A stretch of DNA of 64,000 bases, from the NCBI GenBank assembly GCA_047495785.1, contig JBLDXI010000015.1, positions 5,146,001-5,210,000 of the forward strand, written 5' to 3'. This DNA comes from Lepidodermella squamata (Eukaryota > Animalia > Gastrotricha). This document shows positions 50,801 to 64,000 of this stretch, piece by piece. Numbering within the stretch: the stretch's first letter is position 1; the number at the start of each line of letters is the position of its first letter. Below the pieces are notes generated by a model. The model was not told the origin of the DNA and did no database searches. It worked only from the letters and a program-made list of their open reading frames with translations. The translations under genes and the position numbers were made by a program.

Positions 50801-52252
50801 AAAGCCTCTTCAGTGCTGGTTAGTGGCACGGCGTGTGTTAAGCTATCGGTGCTGGCTATTGATGTCGCTATGGTGATTGGTGACACAAAGGAGGATTGTG
50901 TTTTGCGCTGGCCGAATGGCGGACTGGATGCCAAAGCGCTGCCACCGATCCCACCAATCGGTACTATAACAGTACTCTCTTCTTCGGGCGGCTCTGAGTT
51001 ATAAAATTTAACCTAGCATTCAACGTTATTAGGGTTAGTTTGAGATGAAATACTTTTCGAAGTCGGGATGACGACGCCAAGAGGGTTCGCAAAGTACCTG
51101 TACTTGCCACGAATTTCACTCAGCTTGGGCCACTGTCCATTCGCTGAAGGTGGGCGTACAGCCGAAAGCTGGCTCATCTGGATGGCGACGATACGGTCTG
51201 AGCTCGTGAACGTGAAGTCCTGCTTCAACGAACTGGTACTCGAGTCACCTTCGCATAAAACGTACTGGAAGTTGTCGTAGGCATTGATTTCTGGACGAAC
51301 TATAGTGTTAAGACTAAAATTAAGCACTGAAATAAAAACTAAGATTAGAGCCCAATATACAGTAGCGTATGGGAACCGATGCTTTCAGTAAAAGCACTAC
51401 ATTTTTAACAAAATTGCAAATTATTCATAAATTCGGAAATCAATAAAAAATCAAGCTAGAGGGCAAATTAACTCAAGTAGTTGAAGCAAAGTTTCTCTGA
51501 TTCAAGGAAGGCTTTAATCTGCAGTGGAGGATTCGTAAAATCATACCAAGTTCGGTGAAAATTCGGACGCTGAAAAATGAAGATTGCCAGGAGATGGGTC
51601 TCAGACCACCGCCGATGCAATGAGACGTCGTGTCCTTGGCTTCCACGCCGCTAGCGAGAGGAACGAGACGTACCCAGTTGGGCACCTCAAGCTCAACTTG
51701 TGCTCGGTCGCCTAAATCCGCTAAGAATAAGTAGAATACGCAGCGCTGAGGCTGCGACCTCACAGATTGCGCTTGTGGGTAGTTGGTAGCTGGAGGCAGT
51801 TCGTAGTTACTGACTTTACTGTTAGTGTAGTTGGTCATCATTGAGCTCGAGAGGCGCTTCTGCGATTGTGCCACAGCCATCAGCGGCTGGAACTCATAAT
51901 AAAAAGCACCGGGGCGTGGTCCTGTAAAATGAGAAAATGTGTTGTATTACTCCTAGAATGTGTTAGAAAGGTTAAAGCAGCTTTGGCGAGAGGGTACAAA
52001 AACTATCATGATACAAGAAAGCCGTTGTTAATACCTATACCTTGAAAAACGACGCACTGACAGCTATTTTCTTCCTGATACTGGTCACCATCATCGTAAT
52101 TGAAACATTCAGCTGATGCTAAATAAATTGCAAAATAACTGTAGAAATTGTAGATAATATTCGCAAAATGACTCACATGGATGAGGGAGGTAAGTTGAAT
52201 TGGACAAAACTGCGCCGAAGTGAAGAAATAGAAAAGCCGGTGTGGTGAGCAT
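47865..52252 (-). CDS. Multi-CUB-domain surface protein, SOL-1-like
   Basis: Signal peptide at 52252; NSCQCVVFQ; CUB motifs GVVSSPGYPDNYP, RVQITFVDFDL, LLLTFRSDD...GRGFDAYFQF; Thr-rich linker; short hydrophobic C-terminus. Internal exon bounds not all resolved. Confidence 0.75.
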
Positions 52253-53779
52253 GATCAGCAGTTGTTGGCCGCGCGTGACATCCTGCTGCCGTCTCAGATA
52301 GCTCGGACCAAGGCTGCGACTAATAATGCGCGGCTCAATCATGACTTTAAAACGAGCAAATCTATTTTGGCCGTTAAGAAATAACAACGCGTCGATTATT
52401 ATGAAATAAATAATAATTTGCCTGGTGATGGAGCGAAAAAATAATTATAACAGTCGCGCTTTGTTGACAGAATAACTCACAAACACGCACCGGATAAAAC
52501 GACTTTGGCAGCTGAGAAGTCGCCGGCTTGTTGACATTAAGAGGCGAGGGCGACACTATAATATTTTCACGCGCAGAACGGCGAGTCATCTTTTTTCAAT
52601 CGCCGCCCTTCCCAAGTGACAAAAAACAATGGCTAAATATTTGCCGAATGTCTTTCGCGACGAGAGAGGTGCGCACGCATGCGAGAATCGTACGTACAAT
52701 CACACGCGGAGGAAGCATTTGACGATTTGCGATAAGGCATGATTTTGTCATCACGCCAATTTTTCGATCGCGTTCGCCCGATTGATTTGTACACATTTAC
52801 TTATGTACTATTCACATGATGTGTATAAGCGCAGCCGGCTGATGTAGTAGAAGTAGTAGCGCATAATATGAGTCGTTTTTTGCGTCCTGCGAAAAAACGC
52901 GCGTCGAGTATGCGGCGGACACGGCGGCAATTTGCGCGCCGATTAAACAGCATGCGGTTTTTTGGCGCAAAATACCTTTTATCGCCCGGAAACAACGTCT
53001 TAAAAATGTACTGAGGCAGCGAAATGACACTCGGGCACCGTAGTAACGACGAGGGCTCTCCAATGAAACGAGAAGAAATTAACAAAGCGCAACACTAATT
53101 ACAAAATCGCCTTTTTCTAAATCGAAGCGGCGAATCCGCCGCGATTTCCGCGCTGCTCTTTTAGGTGCTGACCCATTGAGAAATCGGCGATGAAGCCAGG
53201 CCGTAATTCAGGCATCATCTCATCACCACTTTTATCGCCTCGCATGCTCTACACAGATGTTACTATCCTCGTGATTCCCCCGTGCCTTCTCTGATTCGCT
53301 ATAACACGATGACCCACTTGGCGCCAAAGACTTGATTATATGATGCGAATGTTTACTAACGCGGCGAAAAAACTAATTTTTGTTGTTATTTGTCGTCGTG
53401 TAATGTGATTTTCAAGCGCTGATTGAGATGACAACGGCGATAAAGACGCCAAAAATTTCTGAATGGATGCATCCATCAGGGAGAGACCTTTTGAGTGAAG
53501 CGGAAAATAGTGAAATAATCTGCCACAATTCTCTATGCATGTTTTTGTATAATAACTCAAACGTAATAAAGCAAAATCAGGCAATACTCGACACGGGATA
53601 AGAGGTAACATACAGCTCTCAAGTTCCGAAGTCATATAGCCGTTGGGGGTGGGTTGAGGGTGGCTAGATAAACCCTTGATCACATATACTTATACAATAG
53701 TGCGTGGGATTTCCTAAACTTATACCATATACCTAGCTGGGTTTTGGAATTCGCTTTCTTGATGGTTACATAGATACAT

Positions 53780-54110
53780 TAGCTGCCGATTTGATGCTCT
53801 TTGCACTTTATACTTAATACTCTCAGAGTTGTCCACGGGCCGAATTTTCGGAACCCGACCCGGCCCGAATGAACGAATCTGAAAACCCGGTCCGGCCCGG
53901 CCTTTGCTGATTCCGCTTTATGAACGCCCGAAGGCATTTGATTCCACAAGTGCGGGCCACGGTACGACATGCTTAGCTGGCCTCGCTCGAACGTGTAGGT
54001 CGGTTTGTAAGGCTATTTCACTATTCCAAATCGAGGCTTCTGGATCGTATCCGCACCACGCCGGCATTCACTTGAATTTGCAATCACAAAGTAGAACAGT
54101 GGTCTAAAGT
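53780..54110 (-). mobile_element. LINE ORF2 C-terminal remnant interrupted by a solo hAT-like end (~53824-53902)
   Basis: SMSYRGPHLWNQMPSGVHKAES matches the L2/CR1-type terminal motif (SFxYRGPxLWNxLP); CAGAGTTGTCCACGGGCCG...CCCGACCCGGCCCG is typical of hAT MITE ends. Confidence 0.55.
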
Positions 54111-57100
54111 CCAAAACTATCTTATGACTTTCTTTTCTAAATCTCAATTTTAGCGAAAAATTTCATTCATGATTAAAGATTGCCTCAAAGTCGCAGGCAA
54201 AATTAGTAGTCCTGATCCCAAGAGTGTTCTTGCAGCAAGGCCCGATAAAAAAATAAAGAAAGAAATTAAACGCAAACGCGCGAGTTGCGTATCGCTTATG
54301 GAGTAATGAAGGAGCCGCAACTGTGTATAACCGACAAAGGCGTATCAGATCGCAGGGCGGCAGGTCCGATGACCTCGTGAACGTTTATTAGTGAACGTTT
54401 TTGATACTACGGAGCGCGTTCACAGTAAAATGAAGTGCGCAAGATTCGCGCTCACAATTAAAAAGTCCGCCTTAATAAAACGCCCAGATGAACGCTCTAG
54501 TAATGACGTAAAGAAAATGAAGAATTAGAGAAATAAAGATACAAAGAAACTAAAATTCCGCCATACTAAAATTGGTTCGGGAAATAAGAGACATATTCTG
54601 TTTAACATCATTCAGCCCTCTGCGGGTATCTATTTCGTTTGATTCGCCCGCACAATTGATTAACGGGAATAATCAAACGGTATCATCATTTAACGAACTC
54701 GCATGGTCTAGTTACACGCATGGCGCGAATGGGGAGTAATATACAGGGCCACGTGGTCATGAAATGAATAAACCATCGGAGAGTATGCCGAGATGAAAGC
54801 ATCATTTGCTAATTATGCACTCAAATATTTTCTGATGGAAAGATAATCGTTTCGTTTTAAAAGACTGCGTTATACAGCCGCCTATCATGGACTCTGAAAT
54901 AATAAATAATTGATCTTGCTAAAACTAAATCAGCAAAATAAATGAGAGCATATGCAATACATTGAAGTGACTATATAGTATTATTCAGGTGTAATGGGTA
55001 CCAAAATCACCCATTCAAATGTTTTCAAAATCAAAGTTATTTACACTTTTCTTTCGATCACAACCCTGCCATTGATCTTCCTCTTCCGTCTCTTATGTTC
55101 CTTTTCTTCCTTTCTATTCTTCCTATTGGAATAGACATGGAAGAATGTCGATGAGCCAAGGGGTGAAGTGAGCAGGATTTTTTTTCCAAAAGTAAATCAT
55201 TTTTCGCAGCCGGTGTTTTTCCTGTTCTATTAGGGCCCATGCTGATCAGAAACCTACTGGTCTGCTCAAAGACACCAGAAAAATAATGGAAAGAGTGGAA
55301 AGAAGAAGCTATTATTGCTGTATGTAATATGATTATTGGTCCTGTTTGTTAGTGAAGAATTCAATCATATATTCACATGCGGAAGTTCTTTAATTTCAGA
55401 AGCACATTGCTTGTAAGGTATTATTGCTCTGTTAACATTGACGATTGACCTTATAATGAAAATCAAAATTAGCTGTTATTATTAATACCTACATCAGAGC
55501 GCATGAATATGACATGATTAATATCGTATAATCAGCATTATTATCGTTTGACCGGAATCGGTCTCCTCGACTGGTCCTACTCCGACACCGCGCTCTGCAG
55601 GTCACCAGAAGTGACTTGCCCAAAACAGGGTGTGTACACTGGAATTATTTTTATGCCTCAGTGCGCCTGTTTGTTTTTATTCACTGTGATTTATTTTCCT
55701 AAAGTGCTGAGAATAAAGAAAATGTTATGTTATGTAACTGAAAACAGCGCTGTCATGGGCGGCATTGAAATAATTCTTATGTTCGCGCAGACTCTCCCTT
55801 CAAAATTATCAAAACATTTCCTTTACTTTTCAATTTTTAATTTGTATCAGAAATTCGATAGTAATAAAGCAACCATTTTTCAATGACAGGTTTATTTATA
55901 CACCTATAGCCATACACGAGGAACGTGCTATTTTAATTTTGTCTAAACCGCTCCCAATGGTTGACTCAATTATCTTAGGTCAGTTGCTTCACAGCGGCAC
56001 GTCTCGACCTACCGCCGTCATGTTTAAATTGTCGAAAAAGAAAGACTGGTGTGCAGTACCTTCCATAGCATTTCGTAGTGAAGCACAGGTGTATCAGTAC
56101 AGTATTTTACAGCCAGAGATCTCTCCTGGGACTCGTGGTTAATATGATAGCTTAAAATGTGGCTATAGAGATCTTGTCCCAAAATAAAGAGAACGAGGAT
56201 TGTTATTATTAGATTCATCGATTCCATTAATCTACGATTTAAATGAGCGTCCGACAGGAAATAAATAGCAACCAGTTTTAGCATGGGATGCAACGACTCC
56301 AAACATTTTCTTTCAAACACGAGTATTTAAGCGGAAGCGATTGAGCGCTCGCAAGCTTCACTTTGACTATTCGCGAGAGGGATACAGTGGGCCTTTCTCT
56401 CTGTCATTCTTCTTGCAAAAATCTATCGCGATTTGTCCAAAGCTGTCTCAGGGGACTTTTAGGATGCAGGCCCATTGAAAATTGTATATTTTGATAGAAT
56501 ACGAGCCGGTTTCATTTCATCATACTGCTGCTATGTAAGACAGGGTTCAAATTCAACTTGCAGAAAATTCGCGCAACTCAAACAGAGCTATCCTTTGATA
56601 TCATGATACCGAGAACGTTATTTATTCTTTATTCTTTCACAACCGCTCCTAAAGCGGATTTAGCCTTTCTGAATTCTGAATTAATTCGCCGGTTTGGCAG
56701 TTTTGGTGTTTTCAACAAAACAGAAAAATGCGTTGATGCTGTTTAATAATAACCAACAATCACGCGCGGGCTTGCGGCTGCGACTGGCATTATTAGTGCA
56801 AATTATCGTTAAAAACTCTTACACTGATAAAAGCGGATTCTCCCCATTCTATAGGAGGCTGCCATCCACATCAAAAGATGGGAGATCCGTAAACGCCACC
56901 AAAAAGGCTTATGGATTTAGATGGACGCGGAAGCACTAGCTTGATTCCATCAAAATTTTTGAATATTCAGCTAGATTACTGCATCACTTTGAGTGGTAAT
57001 TGGTGGGCTGGTACCTTATACTGTTTTTATATTAATAGTAAGTATATTTTATATTTTTATTACGCAACTCACTTGAACTGAAAAACTATCCGACCATTTT

Positions 57101-60100
57101 CAAACAACTATACCTGCTTCAGGGTTACTGCTCACCTACTGCGTTTTATTTTTCAAAGGCTTGTGGTTTTTCTTGTGATTAAATTTCCCAGTCAATAATG
57201 CAACATTACCCATGGAAAAGAAAGGCGATATGTAACGTTATTAGACAGAATATCTTTCAGCGGAACCAAATCAGCATGTTGCGGAACCTAATTTGAGCAG
57301 AAGGTCGCTTTTCAAATATGTCTACGGAATACGAAATTGCGGCATTATGTATGAACTCGATAATGTCTTATATCCAGAATAACACGCCTAATTTATAGAT
57401 GATTTATTTTGAATTATGCTGATCGATTGAAATCCTTGAAAGTTTTGAAAAGGGTTTTAGGCCCATTGAAAATTCCTAAATTTTGTTCCGCTAACAAGCA
57501 AATTTGTTTCCGTTGAAATTAAGACCCGTTATATGCCACAGGGAAACAGTTTAGTTGAATATATTATTTAGACAGCCGATAACTTTGAATGAGAAATGCG
57601 AACTCAGCATGAGCATCTTCTAAAGGCGCATCAAAGGCCTTGAAGAGGCGCCGCGTGAAAAACGATCAAATGAAAACCTCGACTTAGGAAGCGATATGTG
57701 CCCATATATTCCTTCACTGCAACAATTAAACAATAGCAGATGTCGGCGAGAAATAGCACTGATGTAATTCACAATATAAAATCAGTATTTTAACTATAGA
57801 GAGATAGTAGCTTTAATGAAATTAACAGGCTTCGCTGCTGGTCCCCAGGTAGTTGGCGGCTCCCGCCGGTTTTGCTGCCTGTGTTATTGTGTTTACAAAA
57901 CTTGTCACAAGTCGCGATTCGATGAATCCTTGTCCGCTATCACGTCGAACCGGCGCCGCCCAGTGCGCATTTAGGCATCGACGCTGCTTGGCGAGGCGCC
58001 GGGCCGCGTTATTAGCCGCCCATTACGCGAATGGACACGCTGTCGTGAATGCGTGTCTGCGGCGCTCAGCCGGCGCACAAGCGGCCGGTCGCTAATATAC
58101 ACTGCAGCGCGACACTTTTTGCCGCCGCGCGTTTTTGGTGGCAAACTAATAGAGCGAACCGGCCGCACTGTTTGTCATCGCGATGGTAAGAGGCCTGTCA
58201 TTATCGAAGATGTTCCTCCTTTAGCTGCAAATCCGTTTCGGTTCGATGCGCCCGTCCAGCGCCAGTTTATAGGCGCCGGCTTCTCCTACTCCCCGCGCAA
58301 ATGCGTGTTGTCTCAAAGCCGCGAATCTGCTCTGAAACCTTTACTTTAATATGCGCGATAAGTGGCATTTGTGCGCCGTCTATTTACACTTGGCATTTCC
58401 TCAATGCCGCTTATTCGCCAGAAAATTTCAAATTTATCGTTATAATTATATTCATTCGCACTTTCAGTTTGACTTCACTAGCTTCTGACAATGCGGTTAC
58501 TTTGGCCGGTTTTTTCCCATGAGTAAACCGCTCCGTAGGTGCACACACAAATTCGATGATTAACACCGATGTATCATTTTTTGCTGCCGCTGTTTGCCAA
58601 GCTAATAAATTTGCGCGCAATTTTGTCAATAGACATTACATCATAAAACTCATGTTCTGCTATCTCCGCAATTTCAGTATCTACGAATAATTTTGACTTG
58701 CCTTGCTTTTCTTAATTATAGTTAGAAAGGCGCTAATTTTTTGGCTCAATCAAGCAACAATCACATGACCAGCGCATGTTTTTGTAAGCGCAACTTAGAG
58801 CCTTAGCATGCAATAACGATAGCCGCATGTGACGCGCATCGAAGCGCACAAATCGCTATTCTCCAGTGCATTCGCCAGGCGTATGTGACCGCACTGCGCA
58901 AGGTGGGCGGAGTGATGACGGCGGCGAATTTACTCGCCAGCAATCGCGGCGTATCGCTTGCTGTATGCTGATGCCAAATACCTATATAAATATATTGGGC
59001 GCGAAACTACAACTAAGGTGGAATAAATAGTATACAAAATAACTATACGAAGTAGTAGCTGGCTTGTCTTCGCCGCGCCGCCTGCCATTTGCGACGGCGC
59101 GCTGTTGATTGAATTCACGGCGCATCACGCCTTACCTGTCATTTCATTTGGAGTTTCATCTTTTTGAGCTGCGCCGCGCTTCGATAAACTCATTACTGCT
59201 CAATCGCTATCGGTCATTTTACTTCACAAAAAATGAACCAACATCTCTGTTGTTCACGAATGCGCAGCTCTGGTGGCTAATAATCGGCGAATGTTTTTAT
59301 TAAGAATATTCGTCGTATCTTTTTTACTACAACAATTTATTACTTCTAGGTAAATGTTTAGCTTTGCGACATCATTCTATGTCTATTGAACCTTGCCAGC
59401 AAGTGCACCCGTTTGTAAGTATGGTAACTTCCTTCTGAATGCTCTATTTCGCCTGTCGATGTGATCGATTGGGTTGGTCAATGGACAAAATAACGGAAAG
59501 GAAAACAATGGCTATAGGCTTTAGCGAGGTCTGTTGCTGCTTCTTGCTGCTCGCCAGTGTTTGCCCGGCGCGTGCATCGCTGTTTTTCACCAGTTGGCTA
59601 TTTGCCGCGGCGGCGCACGTTATTTTGCTTTTCTAACATCGCCGCAATAATAAAGGCGAGTTACAGCCGTCGAGGTCGGTCAGCCACCAGAAAAGAAGAT
59701 CGATTTGGCGCAGTCAACTGGCCGCCCAAGTATTCGATGTTTGTGTACGCGCGAATTTGCGGTTTTTGTTTTCTGCAAGCTGCCGGCTTGCCAGCGCCCA
59801 TACTTTAATATCCGATTTTTCTGTTGACTGGTATCCGCGGTTGCTTCAGCATGGTGTTTTAACAGGTCCTGCTAGCAAGTAAGCGTGGCCTAGTGGTGCC
59901 AGTTTATTGTTTCAAACTCACCGATTTATGAATGGCGTTACAGCAGCGTTCCATCGGAGCAAGATAAGTACTAATAGGGAGCGCTGAAGCTGTGGAACAG
60001 CTACTATACAAAAACCTTAAAGTAAACGTATACCGCGGCAACATCTGGTTAACGATACATAAACAACACCCGAATTTACAGGCCGCGGGATGAATTTTAC

Positions 60101-60579
60101 CTGAATCGCCCGGCTCTGCATGTTGCCAGAGCGCGATGATAGCTAAACCACAGACAACGCTTCACTTTTTTCGAAATAATTTACACATCATTTTATTTAC
60201 CGTGTTTTTGTTATTTACTTCATGATTTCCTCTAGATTTTTTTTGTTCCAAGTTCACTGGATGTATTTTTTCTCATGGCCATACTATGATAGCGGACCAG
60301 CAAGGCTGACTTGTTAAGCCAGCATAGTGGCGATACTGATTTTGTCGTCAATACAGGTATTTTTCATCGGCCTTCATTCGAGCGAGATGAATGGCGTAAA
60401 ATAGCTGAATCTTTGAAATAATTTGACAGTTATAACAACATCAATTTCTATCTCAAATTTTGGCTGCCTACGCTAAGAAACTTAGGGTTTAAGGTTTATA
60501 TTCACTAAATAGTTATTTAGTGCCCTCCTCACTTTGACCTCGCCTAGAAAAAATCAAGATCATTGATAAATTTAAAATA

Positions 60580-61028
60580 CCGTATTTTATCGAATAGTAT
60601 CCAACCTCAAATAATAGCCCCCTCGAATAATAGCCACAAAAATTCATCCAAATATTGGGCCAAAGGTTAATAATAGCCCACCTCGAATAATAGCCACATT
60701 CCATATAGTAATATCAATAGGTCTATAATGAACAGCTCATGTAGCTCAAGCTAGCGTGCCAGAAGAAAATTGAGACGTAGAGAAGAGAAAGGGCGACAAC
60801 GAGGAGGATAACTACAGTGCATTTAAGCTTAATTACAGCGACAAAGAGGAATATATTCAAGCTAAAAATGACTAAAAATTTCTGTTGAAGTGATGATTTG
60901 ACGTTTTAGGATAAATAATAGCCTGCCTTGAATAAAAGCCCCCTCGAATAAGAGCCCGATTTTTTTTCACTACTTTTCGAGTTCGGATAAAAATAATAGG
61001 GTTAGGGTTAGGGTTCGATAAAATACGG
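60580..61028. mobile_element. Tc1/mariner (pogo-like) MITE, 449 bp
   Basis: 15-bp TIRs CCGTATTTTATCGAA (60580-94, 61014-28), TA flanks, internal CTCGAATAATAGCC repeats. Confidence 0.85.
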
Positions 61029-62098
61029 TAGGAGAAATTAACAGGCTAATGCTTTTCTCTGCTTCTTTCAGCCATGGCGAGCCCTGGAAGTTCCAGTTAT
61101 GACAGAAATTCGCAGTAGACGGAGGTGCTTTCGTATCTACTGTTCTACACTGGATCACCTATTCGACCTAAACACAATTCTGATAGTATGAAAACTGCGT
61201 GCCATCTATTGCTGGTTATTAAAGTCAAAGTTAATTCCTAGAAATAGAGCATTGAAGAGAGCTGTTTAGCATCTATAGCTGACCGGAAAGCGTGCCATGA
61301 AGCCGTCGATCCCGTTCAACACGGCGTGGTGTGGCATACTATCGCTGTTCGTCAACATATGCCGTAAGTTCGCGAACAAATTTTCTTTATTCTTTCGCGA
61401 TCGATTGTTCTATTCCGCTTCGTCTGGGCTTATTCGATTACTTGATATCGTCGTGGCGTTGTCTCGCCGTAATTTCTGTCGGCCTTTTAAGCATTGAATC
61501 TCGAAATTTCACTGACATGCATTTTAAATTATTACGGTTGCTACCGAACAGCTTTCATGTCTCTCCTCATCCAAGCTTCTTGGTTTGGCATGTTCGACTC
61601 GACATCGGCCGCAGTGCCGGCGCCGCCTTTTGGCCCGCCCGCCAGCTTCAACGAAGCGATAGCGAGCACGTAGCTTTTAATTCTTGTTAATTTTGAAAGG
61701 AGTATGACAGTGGCCTAAAAGTTGCCTTGTTTGCGTGTGCCGTTTTTGCATTCGTTATAATGATTTGGTCAACTTATTGTGACTCATCGTAACGCCGTTC
61801 ATTGTAGTGTGCCCATTCGCCAAGAGCGAATTCCGTTTTTTAACTTACCTCTGATTGGAGATTTCCAGCCTGGGTGATGCGTATTTGGTGCATAACTTTC
61901 CTGTAGACTTTGTCATACTTAGAAGTCGAAGCAGCCAGCCATTGCTAGACCAATTTTAGGTTTATAGACCACGAATTTGCAAATATTAGCTGCATCATTA
62001 ACTTGGGTTTATTTGATAGGAAACAAAGCTTGTTTATTCAGTGTTGTCGGATGCCACTTAACTCTCAGTGATTCTTATTCATTTTTTCTTATATTCAG

Positions 62099-63215
62099 AG
62101 GGAAGCTTTCAAGAGGATCGACTCGTACGCTATCTGTTTTCGAACTACAGCAAATACAGCAAACCAACCTTTCACGAGAACGAAACAATCGTCATTCAAA
62201 TGCGTCTTTTCTTTTTCAAAATTCACGACATCGTTAGCTAATAGCCTCTTCTGTATGATTTAACTGATCAGTAATTACTTCATGACAGGTTGAGAAGGAT
62301 GAACTGATCGAAACTACTGCTAGGCTTCAATTCGTAAGTTTCACGTTAGACTTTAAGGTTTTCATTCGGCTTTATATCTGCAAAATTAGCACGAAATCCT
62401 TTTAAAACCTGAAGGAATCAAGCTCATCAAAATTGATATGAAGACTTTTTCTAAATGCGGAAACTTTTCTTTTCAGCATTGGCGAGACAAAAGGTTCACA
62501 TGGAAGGAAAATGACTTCGGTAGCATCAACGAAATTTCGCTTCCCGCCAGCCTTGTATGGCTGCCCAACATTGAGCTGTTCAATAGCGCCACTGACTTCT
62601 ACACCCTAACCCAGGACACGAGATTTTCCGTGAAAATACACTCAGATGGTACGGATTAAATATATACCTAAACCTTTAATGCTAAATAAATGTGTTGAAA
62701 ATTTGCACTGTATCGTGTAGGCTCCTTCTGGTGGCACCCAACTGGAAATTTTGCCACCAGGTGTCAGCTCCAACTTCGTTACTTTCCATTCGACCACCAA
62801 ACTTGTGAATACATATTCGAATCTTCGCTGCTCACTGCCGACAAAATGCAGCTAATTATTAGAAGGCAAATCGATTTGAATCTTTATAATCTCCGCTCCC
62901 ACAATTCTGTGGCGAGAAGGAGAGCATCCTTTTCCTCTAAATCTACTAAATCTACTTTGGAGGAAAATTTAAAATTTGACTTTTGCAGAAACAAACCAGC
63001 CATTGACTTCCTGCACTACATAAAATCCGGCAAATACGAATTGCTGGGTGCCGGTGGCAAAAACTACATACGTAACGTCAGCAAGTCGACAGCCTTCTCT
63101 GGAGTCGCGTTTCACGTGAAATTTCGGCGGAAAAAAACTTTCTACGTGTTGAACATTATACTGCCGCTGATTGTCCTCGCTGTGCTACAACTAACTACGT
63201 TCTTTCTTCCAGCTG
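62099..63215 (+). CDS. nAChR-like Cys-loop ligand-gated channel subunit, partial (extracellular domain and M1)
   Basis: EDRLVRYLF, WRDKRFTW, VWLPNIELFN, Cys-loop CQLQLRYFPFDHQTC, RRKKTFYVLNIILP. 5' exons unresolved; M2-M4 not found in the window. Confidence 0.9.
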
Positions 63216-64000
63216 GTAAGTTTTCAAAGAATGCTTGAGATGGAACTGTAATTTTTGCAGCTGCCTAGAGCATGCGAATTAAGTTATCAAGCTAGCAACC
63301 CTTTCAGCTTGTTTTTGTATCCCATACCTTTGATGGCTTGTAACTTACTTCCTCTGATATTAAACTACAGCGATGAAAGCAGGTCTGTTGGGAACAAGAT
63401 TTGAAGCTTTCCTGACAAAGTTTACTAACCTGCTGGAGTACTGAGTGGATTTACAGATAACCGATCACATCTGCGTGGTTAGCAATCAGCACATAGCATA
63501 ATAGACTGGCAATTTAACATAAGAATAACAGTGTCTAATAACTATTAACACTATTACTCATACTCTTTGCCCTTGTGAGCAATACTACAAGAGTACGTGC
63601 GCGTAATAATAGTATGGGCCATTTGCGCGAGCTTTCCGAATCTGTAAAAAAAATTTCTCATCATAGCAAAAAAAGTTACCTCAAGAAAACTATGCATGGT
63701 CGCCTGGCTCGCGCTATGTACGCGCGCTAATTTGTACCTACTATTTTAGTATTCATCACAAGACCGTTTCCAGGTGTAACTACAGATTTAAGGATAGCTG
63801 TGTACTTCTCAGAGCCTGTTGGCGTTTAAAACCTTATCCATATTTTCGTTTTTCGTTCGTATCGGCTCGCTGATGGCTTAATTAAATGAGCTGCACTGCA
63901 ATACCGAGTTAACTTGATTCAGATATGAAAATTGACTAACATAAACTTGGCAGCTTTTGTTATTAACAAATGCTTGGTTTTCGATGATTTCTAATCACCA

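Noticed and set aside
59439-61690. Assignment of signal-peptide exons for the Cys-loop gene
   Set aside because: Several candidates (~59508, ~60293-60356, ~61557) but none could be joined unambiguously.

Overview
Eukaryotic (metazoan) DNA from a compact genome with very short GT-AG introns (mostly ~45-70 nt). Cilium-associated genes suggest a ciliated invertebrate; the species cannot be determined from the sequence. Gene-dense block 1 (1.8-16.2 kb): CCDC89, a Myb/SANT-like gene, TMED7/3-like p24, CRAMP1, a UPRT homolog and CAPS2. Block 2 (32.7-64 kb): an 8-exon secreted peptide-precursor gene missed by the ORF track, a divergent SLC18/VMAT-like transporter, RFK, CCDC13, PICALM/AP180, a SOL-1-like multi-CUB protein and part of a divergent nAChR-like Cys-loop subunit. 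Between them lies a ~15 kb island of nested transposons: a Tc1/mariner-type shell holding a MULE that holds a MITE, and a gag-protease-only Gypsy element split in frame by a 6.3 kb TIR element of unclear superfamily that carries a decayed unknown gene, a hAT MITE, a LINE remnant and a 28S rRNA fragment. Most notable: (1) the hidden prepropeptide gene with an X-Pro prosegment, GKR and RTKR sites and amphipathic helices; (2) two operon-like gene pairs with 137 and 187 nt gaps, suggesting SL trans-splicing; (3) a VMAT-like transporter lacking three canonical acidic residues, with an apparently new intron; (4) the cargo-carrying TIR element. Gene names come from recalled family motifs and exon models were built by hand; no database search was run.
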